Positions 11,399 through 20,710 of a stretch of DNA of 64,000 nt are shown here, piece after piece. Position 1 is the first letter of the stretch. Every line of letters begins with the position of its first letter. The stretch comes from Opitutales bacterium (GTDB lineage Bacteria; Verrucomicrobiota; Verrucomicrobiia; Opitutales; PNEW01). Under the pieces are notes generated by a model. It was not told the origin of the DNA. It worked only from the letters and a program-made list of their open reading frames with translations, and made no database searches. The translations under genes were made by a program, and so were the position numbers. The stretch spans positions 1,408,001-1,472,000 of the forward strand of contig CBDANS010000006.1 in the NCBI GenBank assembly GCA_965197745.1, written 5' to 3'.

Positions 11399-11459
11399 TA
11401 TCGAATTATATGGGGTCTACGACGTGGCAAGCGCAAACCAAGTATATTAACGATTAGGA

Positions 11460-12920
11460 TCAGCATTCTGGAAATGGCAACTGGGTGAGTGCTCGCCAGT
11501 AAGCCGGGCCGCGTAAAGATTCCCCGTGCAATGGAGCTTCGGTGCCAATGATTCGATCGATGAGCATTCTGCTCATACGCGTGAGCTGCTCCCGGTAGTC
11601 GGGATTAGGGTAGAGATTGTGGATTTCGTCGGGGTCTTGATCGAGATCATAAAGTTCGCCGTAGTCTTGACCGGGGTAATGAATGAGTTTCCAGCGTTGC
11701 TCTCTCAGCATCTTGACCGCGCCAATTTCCGCAAAAATTGATGATCGCTTCGGCGACGTCTCGCCGCGCAAATCTGAATTCAATTCATGCCCCTGGATCT
11801 GGGAGGGGCGATCTATCCCCAGTTCATTGACGATAGTCGGAAAGATATCGATCAATTCGATGGGTTCTTTCACATTGTTGCCTCGACTAGCTTGGGGTGA
11901 TGGGGACCGAATGATCAATGGAACACGCAATGAGACATCATAGAGCATCGGGTATTCGTCTTTGGGTTTTTGCAGCATTCCGTGATGACCGAGTAGTTCC
12001 CCGTGATCGGACAAGAAAACAATAAGGGTATCATCCAGCAATCCAAGTTGCGTCAGGGAATTCATGATTTTACCAACTTGATCATCTATCATTGTAATCG
12101 AAGCATAGTAATAGGCGATGACACGTTGTAATCTTTCCCTGTCCAGATTTTCATAATTACTCGTTCTTCCTTCGACCTTATACTTCGCTTGCTGAGGCGG
12201 TTTTCCGGACAGGTCGCTATGAAATGAAGCCGGTAGTGGCATATCCGCGGGGTCATACAGGGACGCGTAGGGCTCGGGAGGTTCAAACGGATTATGAGGG
12301 TTAGGAAAACCGACAAAGAGGAAAAAGGGTGTGTCGGACGAACGGTTATGAAGATAGGCAACCGCCTGATCGGCTGCCCACACATCAAAGTAAGCTTCAG
12401 CAGGGATGCAATTCACCGTGCATTGAAATGAATCCAGATATTCCTGAGTGGCATGGTGTGTGTAAGAACGATGAAAGTAATCCCAATAACCGTTATCTTT
12501 AATCCACTTTTTATAGTGTGGGTACAATACCTCGGGATCGGTTGCGGCGGAGTTCTGCCCCTCACACAGCATCTGTTCGGCAAAAGAGGCATTTGTTTTC
12601 TCTTCGAACAAGTGTACTTTTCCCGTGGCGCAGGTATCCCATCCCAATGATTTTAAGAACTCGGGTAGGGTCACTTCCTCTTCATGCATGGCGCAGTGGT
12701 TGGAAATCGCTCCATTGGTATGCGGATACCTGCCCGTAAGCATTGAAGAACGGCTGGGCACACATTGTGGATGCTGCGCAAAAGCAGAGTCGAAACGTGT
12801 TCCTGCGGCCGCTAATTTATCCAGGTATGGCGTCTTGACGATGGCATTGCCATAACAACCGACACTATCCGCGCGCAACTGATCAGCGAGCATGAATATT
12901 ACATTTCGGGAATTTGCCAT
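11460..12920 (-). CDS. Formylglycine-dependent sulfatase (S1)
   Basis: DQLR, CVPSRSSMLTG (CxPxR), GKVH, PHNPF and SDHG motifs. Confidence 0.92.
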   Translation of the reverse strand: MANSRNVIFMLADQLRADSVGCYGNAIVKTPYLDKLAAAGTRFDSAFAQHPQCVPSRSSMLTGRYPHTNGAISNHCAMHEEEVTLPEFLKSLGWDTCATGKVHLFEEKTNASFAEQMLCEGQNSAATDPEVLYPHYKKWIKDNGYWDYFHRSYTHHATQEYLDSFQCTVNCIPAEAYFDVWAADQAVAYLHNRSSDTPFFLFVGFPNPHNPFEPPEPYASLYDPADMPLPASFHSDLSGKPPQQAKYKVEGRTSNYENLDRERLQRVIAYYYASITMIDDQVGKIMNSLTQLGLLDDTLIVFLSDHGELLGHHGMLQKPKDEYPMLYDVSLRVPLIIRSPSPQASRGNNVKEPIELIDIFPTIVNELGIDRPSQIQGHELNSDLRGETSPKRSSIFAEIGAVKMLREQRWKLIHYPGQDYGELYDLDQDPDEIHNLYPNPDYREQLTRMSRMLIDRIIGTEAPLHGESLRGPAYWRALTQLPFPEC

Positions 12921-12996
12921 TTATTTTCCTTATCTTGTTCAGCTATTGCATTGGGCCATGGTTGTTTTATTCCTCTGATATAACACATGTCTAGCT

Positions 12997-13156
12997 CATT
13001 GCGTGGGAGGCCACCAGCTGGCCCCGACTACCGAGTCTCGCGACTGCGAAGCGGCATCTTCCATTCCAGGAGAATAGCCGTCGTGTTTACGATTACCACT
13101 CTATCTACTATAAATTTTTCCATTGAAGCTTCGTCTCTTCACTCCTCGCAATGACA
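12997..13156. repeat. Degenerate TGTC-type REP pair
   Basis: TCATTGCG.. left arm and GCTTCGTC..CTCCTCGCAATGACA right arm; shares CATCTTCCATTCCA with the 3709 region. Confidence 0.5.
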
Positions 13157-13245
13157 ATAGGACGCGGACGAAGTTTTAAACTTTGAGAAATAATAAATCC
13201 CTTAAGCTCCACCGCATACTTGATTTTCTCATTTACGCATAACCC

Positions 13246-14823
13246 TCATTTCCCTTCACGGTCCTTAAGTTCCGGCCAGATGCTGCGCATCTGCCAGGCG
13301 TCTATTGAGACAAGCGATGCTTCACTGCCTCGTGCGAAGACTGAGACCCCATTGCTGTCGTCACGATCAGGATAGGCGCGAATAGTCAAACATTGCGTCC
13401 CGTTAGCGAATACTTCAACGATGGATCGGTCGATGAAGATGTGCAGGTGAAGAAGTTCTCCTATATCAAGTTTAAGGGGCCCTGTTTCAGGAATGCGCGC
13501 GAGAACATCACTTCGCAGAGATGAAGACGAAACATCAATCTGGAGCGAGCTGATGGTGTTCTGGCGCGAGCTTATAATTTCAGGTATGTTTTTCCGAAAG
13601 AGCGTGACACATGTCTGCTCTGTGCCTTCGGGCGAACGAAAAACGCATAGTCCCACTTCTCGTGCATCATGCGGATCGATGACGGCGTAAATCTCCATTG
13701 CTTTTCCATTAATGCTCGCTAAGACAATTTCACCATTTGCGGGAATTTTCTTTGACTCGATGCGTCGGTGATCGAATCGCAATGTTTCGAGTTCGTTAAC
13801 CGGCTCGATTTTGAGAGTGTTATCTGCATCCAATGACAGACATCGAGGGACAGTCATAATATCGTTCCATCCCTCTCGCGGCTTACCTTCTTTGACATTA
13901 AAGAATGCGATAAACCTGCCTTTATCGTCGATCATAGCCCCGGGTGCGTGCAGACTGCCGACCACAAAAGCTCCATAATTCATGCGCCCATGGTAATCCG
14001 GCATGAAGCGATGTGCTGTCCGGTCGTATGTGCCGACATAGTACTGCGCGGCGCGTTTGTGACTGAAAAAAAGGAGCATATGCTTTCCGTTAGCAATGGG
14101 CCAGAAGTTAGGGACTGCACTGTCTTCTCCTGGTTCGGTGAAACCCCCGTGCTCGATTAATGGACCAAGATATTCCCATTCTGCCAGGTCTTTAGAGTGG
14201 AATAATGGATTCACCCCTCGGCAATTATTTCCAATGTCACCGTCCTTGTAGGTGCCAGATAGGGCGTAATAGCCGTCTTCTTCTTTCCAGATACAGGGGT
14301 CGAAGACACGGTAGGGAGCACCGTTTTCGTCAATGGGCACGATCGGAATAACCGGATTATTTAGATGCTTTTTCCAGTTCAGCAGCAGCGGATCGGAAGC
14401 GGTAGCGATGGCATTGCCCGATTCTGTGCCGTGATAGATGGCTACCACCCGGTCTTCTTCAACCAGGGTCTGTCCGCTGTAGCAGTCCTTTTCTGTATCG
14501 GGGTAAATCGCGGGAGGCAGATCGCGCCAATGGACGAGATCATCGCTTACAAAGTGTCCCCACATGACCCTGTCCACACCATCAGGCTTAAACTGGTAGA
14601 AAAGATGGTAATTCCCCTGCCAATAGCAGGGACCATTAGGGTCGTTCATTACATTTTCGGGTGGCGAGAGATGGTAAAGCGGACGATAGGGATCGTCAGC
14701 CAGTCGTTCCCGCGATGCTTTGAACTTTAATAGATCTTCATCCCTATCCAACGCTTTAAGCTGTTCCTCGAGAGTGTCGGGAAATGTTTTCCCCCGCAGC
14801 GCTTCATATTTATGAACAGGCAT
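13246..14823 (-). CDS. Glycoside hydrolase family 32
   Basis: MNDPNG nucleophile motif, WGH, SG, FDP (RDP variant), IDRSIVEVF C-terminal beta-sandwich. Confidence 0.85.
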   Translation of the reverse strand: MPVHKYEALRGKTFPDTLEEQLKALDRDEDLLKFKASRERLADDPYRPLYHLSPPENVMNDPNGPCYWQGNYHLFYQFKPDGVDRVMWGHFVSDDLVHWRDLPPAIYPDTEKDCYSGQTLVEEDRVVAIYHGTESGNAIATASDPLLLNWKKHLNNPVIPIVPIDENGAPYRVFDPCIWKEEDGYYALSGTYKDGDIGNNCRGVNPLFHSKDLAEWEYLGPLIEHGGFTEPGEDSAVPNFWPIANGKHMLLFFSHKRAAQYYVGTYDRTAHRFMPDYHGRMNYGAFVVGSLHAPGAMIDDKGRFIAFFNVKEGKPREGWNDIMTVPRCLSLDADNTLKIEPVNELETLRFDHRRIESKKIPANGEIVLASINGKAMEIYAVIDPHDAREVGLCVFRSPEGTEQTCVTLFRKNIPEIISSRQNTISSLQIDVSSSSLRSDVLARIPETGPLKLDIGELLHLHIFIDRSIVEVFANGTQCLTIRAYPDRDDSNGVSVFARGSEASLVSIDAWQMRSIWPELKDREGK

Positions 14824-14880
14824 AGTATAATTTCCTCTACAATGTCTATCTACGTATTATCCGTATCGGGACCTGTTATT

Positions 14881-15606
14881 CTAAACGTTTCGATTTACAC
14901 TACTGAAATAGACTAAATAGATCTGTTCGTCCGTGACATTAATTATGGTATGACCGGGATCACAGGGACAAACCGATATCGTGGTTCCTTCTGATTGGAT
15001 ACAGACTTCCTGGCTTACGAGATGAACAGCCTGACCTCGCCACATGTACCATACTTCGTCAAAATCAGGTCCATGACCATGATTATCGCCGGTTCGAAGA
15101 GGATCGATTAATACCACACCCACATACCCCAGCTCATTAAAACCGTCTTCCTGGTCAAAGAGTCGATAACCCAGATAACACCAGTGGTTAATGCTCATAA
15201 CGCTTTCTCGATAGTTGCGAACCAGGGGTTTGTTTGCTCTATTCGCGGATTCATCGGAAAGTGATTCAACGACCAGTAAAAATTCCATTGGGGTGGGTCC
15301 GTCATTATTAATGGTATATTCAATACCTGGCGGCATAAGAATGCCATCGCCTTCTCTGAGTGCCTGCTCACTATTGGGAGTACTCAATATACCCGATCCA
15401 TTTAGAATAAAGAAGACTTCCTGAATACCTTCATTGATTTGGGCAAGTGATCGCGTTCCCGTTTCCAAAGAGCAGTGTGAATAAGAATCGATATAGCGTA
15501 GCACTGATTCAGAACTATTATCTCCTTCTTTGCGAAAGATCGTTCGTTGAACGATGTTTCCATGAGTGAGGGAAAGATCGCCTTCTTTCCAGTGTCGCTT
15601 ATCCAT
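14881..15606 (-). CDS. Bicupin-domain protein
   Basis: EVFFILNGSG..GDGILMPPG and HGHGPDFDEVWY..H cupin motifs. Confidence 0.7.
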   Translation of the reverse strand: MDKRHWKEGDLSLTHGNIVQRTIFRKEGDNSSESVLRYIDSYSHCSLETGTRSLAQINEGIQEVFFILNGSGILSTPNSEQALREGDGILMPPGIEYTINNDGPTPMEFLLVVESLSDESANRANKPLVRNYRESVMSINHWCYLGYRLFDQEDGFNELGYVGVVLIDPLRTGDNHGHGPDFDEVWYMWRGQAVHLVSQEVCIQSEGTTISVCPCDPGHTIINVTDEQIYLVYFSSVNRNV

Positions 15607-15626
15607 TTGACCTCCTGACTATTGAA

Positions 15627-16607
15627 TTAACCTCGCAGCGCGCGCAATAGCAATTCTTTATCGATATTCCCTCCCGATAAAACCAACCCTGTTTTTTTTC
15701 CCGCCATCCTTTCTTTTTCCTTTATTAAGGCTGCCAGCGGACTTGCCCCAGCGCCCTCGGCGACATTATGCGTATCGGTGTAATAGAATCGAATAGCATC
15801 AAACATTTCATTATCAGAAACAGTTACGATTCGAGTCACCCCTTGTATTATAAATTTTAAAGCGATCGCGTCAGGAACCCGGACCGCAAGTCCGTCGGCA
15901 AAAGTATCACAGGTATCCGTTGATTCACATTTTTTATGATTAAAGGAAAGCGCATATGCAGGAGCTTTTTCCGAGACAACACCCACGATCTCTGTTTTCA
16001 AATTCAATGCATTGCGGGCATTGACCATACCGCAAATTCCAGAACCTAAACCTATGGGTACGTAGACGGTGTGCAAGTCAGGAACCGCCTTCAATAACTC
16101 AACACCGCAGGTGCCTACACCCTGAACGAGCAATGGATGAAAAGAGGGAAACATATGCAGGTTCTCCTTATCAGCCAATTCCCTGGCATATTCCAATGCG
16201 GTATTAAAATCTTCTCCATGTTCAATTAATTCGGCACCATATGCTTTCATCGCACGGTTTTTTTCTGGGCTATTTCCATGGGGAATTACAACGACTGCCC
16301 GAAGGCCCTTTTTCTTAGCGGCATAAGCAACACTCTGCCCATGGTTACCTCGTGTTGCGGCGACTACACCGGAAATTTCTCTTTCACTTTCAATCTTATT
16401 TTCTAAATACCAGATGCCACCCCGGACCTTAAACGAGCCCGTGGGTAAATGATTTTCATGTTTGGTCCAAACTTCACATCCGCACCTTTCACACAAAAGC
16501 GGCCATGCAATCTGTGGGGTAGGTGAGAGGTGTTCATAAATTACGGAAGAAGCCGACTCAAAATCGGATAGAGAAATGGCTATATGCTCACTATCTTTTA
16601 ATTCCAT
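15627..16607 (-). CDS. Threonine dehydratase / PLP fold-type II family
   Basis: KHENHLPTGSFKVRG, ATRGNHG, PIGLGSG and LSGGN motifs; start moved to internal ATG (MELKD). Confidence 0.85.
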   Translation of the reverse strand: MELKDSEHIAISLSDFESASSVIYEHLSPTPQIAWPLLCERCGCEVWTKHENHLPTGSFKVRGGIWYLENKIESEREISGVVAATRGNHGQSVAYAAKKKGLRAVVVIPHGNSPEKNRAMKAYGAELIEHGEDFNTALEYARELADKENLHMFPSFHPLLVQGVGTCGVELLKAVPDLHTVYVPIGLGSGICGMVNARNALNLKTEIVGVVSEKAPAYALSFNHKKCESTDTCDTFADGLAVRVPDAIALKFIIQGVTRIVTVSDNEMFDAIRFYYTDTHNVAEGAGASPLAALIKEKERMAGKKTGLVLSGGNIDKELLLRALRG

Positions 16608-16697
16608 TAATTCCTGACTAACGATACTAGCACAGCTTCGCAAGCTGAACAATCAAATGCTCATCTTTGTTCTCTGCATAGAATAAAAATAAATGAA

Positions 16698-17177
16698 TGG
16701 TGGAGTGGGCTGTCACAGCACGCTTCTTAAACCCTGATTAACAATAATACAAACGCGGTAGGGACCAGCCGTCGTCCCGTCCCGCAATCGCGGGGGGACT
16801 ATGGCCGGCAGGCGACAACGCGCGTCCCTCCATTAATTTGTTAGAAATATTCATTTAAATTTAGGTTATGAATCTTCGTCTTCGTCTATCTCCAATAAAA
16901 TATAATATAATGACAGTTCAAATCGAGACGAAATGGTGGAGCGGGCTCCCCAGCACGCTTCTTTTTTTACTGAACATAAACGCGGTAGGGACACGATTCT
17001 ACTGAGCTCGTCGCAGGCCGCGTTCCACCTGGCAATGATGCCGATTCGGAGGGCCACGCGATGCCTGTCATGCCGTAATCCTCCCGCGACTGCGGGATGG
17101 GACGAAGGCAGATCGTAGCCGTATTAGGGTTCAGCATTCAATAGACAATCCGCGGACGCAACGGATTGCGTCTCTCC
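16698..17177. repeat. REP-like cluster with three nested inserts
   Basis: Same REP types as 9649-10181; inserts at 16765-16812, 16994-17017 and 17064-17112. Confidence 0.8.
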
Positions 17178-17178
17178 A

Positions 17179-17733
17179 TTATTCAGTCTTTGGTTCTAGA
17201 GATATATCATGGAACTGAGTCCCTGACACCAAACCCATGCTTTCACCGCTTGTTATTGAAATCGCCCCGTGTATCTCCTCATTAATGCCCCAGAATACCA
17301 GTTCCTGCCCTTTGCTTTCGTAGATCGTTACTTCCCCTCCACGATTCACGATCGCGTGCAATTGAACATAGCCATCAGCTCTTTTATTATAAGTCATGAC
17401 TAAACCATCTCCAATTTTATTGGATCCGAGGGAAGCGACTACTTCGCCATCATCACCGACGACTTCAAATCTTTTAATTTGGACAATTTCAGGTTCCTTA
17501 TGCAACGATGGAGTCGTTTCCTGAAGCCCAGTGGTGTTCCCTTGAACCATAGACGAGGCATCCTCTTTTGCGCGTATTTCGTCAATCATGTATGTTCTTG
17601 ATTCCAGAACAAAATGGAGCGTGAAAATTAAAACAACCCCAACGCCGAATAAAACTATACCCATACTAAACAAGGCCAGTTTTAATCGGCTGTTTTGTTG
17701 TTCTAAGTGATGAAAACGATCTTCTAATTTCAT
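17179..17733 (-). CDS. Hypothetical single-pass membrane protein
   Basis: N-terminal coiled segment, one hydrophobic helix, then beta-rich repeats. Confidence 0.55.
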   Translation of the reverse strand: MKLEDRFHHLEQQNSRLKLALFSMGIVLFGVGVVLIFTLHFVLESRTYMIDEIRAKEDASSMVQGNTTGLQETTPSLHKEPEIVQIKRFEVVGDDGEVVASLGSNKIGDGLVMTYNKRADGYVQLHAIVNRGGEVTIYESKGQELVFWGINEEIHGAISITSGESMGLVSGTQFHDISLEPKTE

Positions 17734-18075
17734 TAGCTTGGCGCTATTTATCAGTTGCTTTTAAAGACAGAGGTAAGGCTGGATTGTCAGGAAAAGGGCT
17801 GCAGTCATAATAAGAAGGAATAATAAATACCAGAGTGACTGCGGTAACAGATTTTACGCTGAAGTAAATAATCTGTAATCAGTAATTGAGTCATAGATAA
17901 ACTGTTTTGTCAAAATCTTTCATCATTAACAATTTTCCTGGTTCCGCTTCAGGGTCACTGCCCATAAGCCAAAACATATTCCTCGGGGATGTTTTTATTT
18001 TTATCGATTATGCCCTTCACATTTTCATAAAAGTAAGGCACGGGACAATGACTCATTCTCATTGGGTCAGAATCT

Positions 18076-18522
18076 TTAAATTTTCTTTATGAAATGAACG
18101 AGTCGCAGATTTTCACGAAAACCCAAAGCTTTGTGCGCTGCGACACTAGTGACATTTTCAAGCTCAGCGTCGCTTGCCAGTTCGCTGAATCCTTTTTCTT
18201 TAACCCATTTTTCCGCTGACTCCACTAATTTTCGTCCAATTCCCTGGCCTCTATATTGGGTGTCAACATACCACCCTTCGAGATAGCCGACATGTGAGGA
18301 AAGAGAGCCGTCCACTCTTGATCTGATGGATAGCTCAGCAAATCCCCGTGGTTTATTTTTCGTGTCGAGAAAAAACAAAACGGTCTTTGTCTCAGGTTTA
18401 GCCAGGTATTCATTCATTTCAACAGCGTGCATTTCATCGCTGCACTCTGGCCATAAAGCTTTACGCATACGTCTCCATGCGTCCCAATCCCCTTTTATGT
18501 AAGGTCTAATTTCCACAGCCAA
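18076..18522 (-). CDS. GNAT acetyltransferase, AAC(6')-I-like
   Basis: MRKALWP, GFAELSIR..VDG..VGYLEGWYV, RGQGIG and ELASDA..N..S..AHKALGF motifs. Confidence 0.8.
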   Translation of the reverse strand: MAVEIRPYIKGDWDAWRRMRKALWPECSDEMHAVEMNEYLAKPETKTVLFFLDTKNKPRGFAELSIRSRVDGSLSSHVGYLEGWYVDTQYRGQGIGRKLVESAEKWVKEKGFSELASDAELENVTSVAAHKALGFRENLRLVHFIKKI

Positions 18523-18553
18523 TGGGCTACAATAGCGGTGCAGATCGGCATCT

Positions 18554-19339
18554 TTATACTAAGTAATTACTGGGTATACGGGTGCGTTCGTATAGGGCTT
18601 CAGGAATGCGATTGAGAATTGATTCGGGAATCTCACCGGACCAATTATGCGGCACCGTTTTGGGCCGCCGATTCCAAAACAATAACAGGGTGCGACGATG
18701 ATCACTGTTATTGCTGTGTGCTGCATGTAACATCCTTCCCTCGGCAATGACAAGAGAGCCGGCTTTAACCGGGACATCGATGGCTTCAGGATGGTCGCAG
18801 AACATGTCAGGATCCTGTTGGTCTACATTATGGGCTCCTTCGGCATGGGGCGGAATTAATCGATCATGGAGATCAATGCGTTTCAGGTGGGTGCCGGGTA
18901 TGACGCGAAGACAGCCGTTCTCAACCCTGGTCTCCACGAGGTAATAGGAAAAGAACAAATACTGTGGCCAGGGTGCGGCACTTATGGGGTCATTCCAATC
19001 CCCCCAATCCTGATGCCAATACAGCGCCGGACCACCCGGGGGCTTACTGAGAACAATTAGCGTTTCATCTGGCTTAAAATCGCCCAGCCCCAGTGCTTCT
19101 ATTGCGACGTACGCGGGCTGCCAGTGAATCAGCCGGTCGATCACGGGTTCGTCACTGGCATTCACGCGAAGATCCGACCCCTGGTACTTCCAGTGTGCGG
19201 GATGTTCAACCGCGTCAAGCATGCGATCAGTCTCCCGCCGTAGTTCGTCGAGAATGTTTTCACTCAATACATTTTCGATGATGCAGTAACCATCGGTGAT
19301 CAACTGGATCCGTTTTTCTGCTGTTTCATCAGGGTTCAT
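18554..19339 (-). CDS. Phytanoyl-CoA dioxygenase family Fe/2OG oxygenase
   Basis: WHQD, NGCLRVIPGTH and LHAAHSN..RR motifs. Confidence 0.88.
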   Translation of the reverse strand: MNPDETAEKRIQLITDGYCIIENVLSENILDELRRETDRMLDAVEHPAHWKYQGSDLRVNASDEPVIDRLIHWQPAYVAIEALGLGDFKPDETLIVLSKPPGGPALYWHQDWGDWNDPISAAPWPQYLFFSYYLVETRVENGCLRVIPGTHLKRIDLHDRLIPPHAEGAHNVDQQDPDMFCDHPEAIDVPVKAGSLVIAEGRMLHAAHSNNSDHRRTLLLFWNRRPKTVPHNWSGEIPESILNRIPEALYERTRIPSNYLV

Positions 19340-19568
19340 GCGGGAATGCTTTATTTCTTAAGGTTCCAGTTAATAAAGCAAAGGACCAGACAATTGTAAA
19401 TAATTTGTAAGGTATTTATCAATAAAGTGTTAAAGGTGCAACCGGGGGGTTTAATGATTTGCTAATAAGGTGAAGATATACTATAAATGAATCTAATACA
19501 CTATTAATAGAGCTGCACATTTAGAAGATAAATAATTTTCACGAGATAAGATAAATGGAGAGAAAACG

Positions 19569-20156
19569 ATGAACAGAACAAACGACACAATGATAATCTG
19601 GCCTTTCGGTCTTCGAAAGGAATATACCTCCCGTCTTGGTGTGGCCGGCATGGGTGTTGTGAATGGACCCAAAAAAGGGGACAACATCAATTCATATGAA
19701 ATCTCATATGCAGATAGAAGCAAAGACTGGGATGATCCTTATGTAGAAAAACTCAGGGATCTGGCGTTGTCTTACTGGTTGGGATCGGAATATGACATTG
19801 CGTTAATCAAGATAGAAAAATTAAGCTCAACTATCGAACCGGTTACCAGTGTATACCATGTTTTTGACGCGCTCACGCATACTGCTTTAAAACTAAAGTA
19901 TGACTTCGACTGGAACGATGCGAGGTCTTGCCACCTATCATTAAATTCGGTCGATTATTCGATACTAATTCCTTTTCTCTTAACCTACTATAACGGTGTC
20001 TTTATCGATGACACGATGCTGGGTGAAAGTTGGGTGAATTATCACCGAATAATTACCAAAAGCATCCCACCTAAAATTAAAATACATCAAAAAGGGAAGA
20101 AGGATTTAAGATTTCTACAATCAGAAACATGTAAATACGCCCTGGAAAAAGAATAG
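19569..20156 (+). CDS. Hypothetical protein
   Basis: 195 aa ORF with GGAG Shine-Dalgarno; no family recognised. Confidence 0.5.
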   Translation: MNRTNDTMIIWPFGLRKEYTSRLGVAGMGVVNGPKKGDNINSYEISYADRSKDWDDPYVEKLRDLALSYWLGSEYDIALIKIEKLSSTIEPVTSVYHVFDALTHTALKLKYDFDWNDARSCHLSLNSVDYSILIPFLLTYYNGVFIDDTMLGESWVNYHRIITKSIPPKIKIHQKGKKDLRFLQSETCKYALEKE

Positions 20157-20224
20157 ACAATTTTACTATCACCTAAAATAAATGATTGTTCAACAAACCG
20201 ACTTTTTAATACTTGTAGTTCGCA

Positions 20225-20692
20225 ATGAAAAATTCCCAAAAATTTGGGGAGATGCTAGCCTTTACCCTGGTAGAAATGATGATTGCTGTCGTCATCGTCG
20301 GTCTATTGGCATCGTTTGCGATTCCCGCGTTTAGAAGAGCGAATACAAAGTCTATGAATTCCCGCCTTCTCAATGATTATCGAATTCATGCCGAAGCATT
20401 CAAGCGCTATGCCCTGGAAACTGGTAACTACCCACCCGATGGGGGATTTGGTTCCATGCCAGCAGGTATGGATGAATATTTACCCTCCACATGGCTAGAC
20501 TCACCCGCGGGCGGTCAGTGGATTTGGGATTATAACCAATGGGGCATCACCGCAGGAATAAGTATTCGCAATCCCAGTGTCGGAACCCAACAAATGGCGT
20601 TGCTCGATGCACAACTGGATGACGGCGATCTCGCGACAGGATATTTCCGAAAGGTTAATGCAGATCGTTTCACTCTTGTAATCGAGGAGTAA
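20225..20692 (+). CDS. Prepilin-type N-terminal cleavage/methylation domain protein
   Basis: AFTLVEMMIAVVIVGLLASFAIP class III signal peptide. Confidence 0.85.
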   Translation: MKNSQKFGEMLAFTLVEMMIAVVIVGLLASFAIPAFRRANTKSMNSRLLNDYRIHAEAFKRYALETGNYPPDGGFGSMPAGMDEYLPSTWLDSPAGGQWIWDYNQWGITAGISIRNPSVGTQQMALLDAQLDDGDLATGYFRKVNADRFTLVIEE

Positions 20693-20710
20693 GGCTCGAG
20701 ATCATTAACC

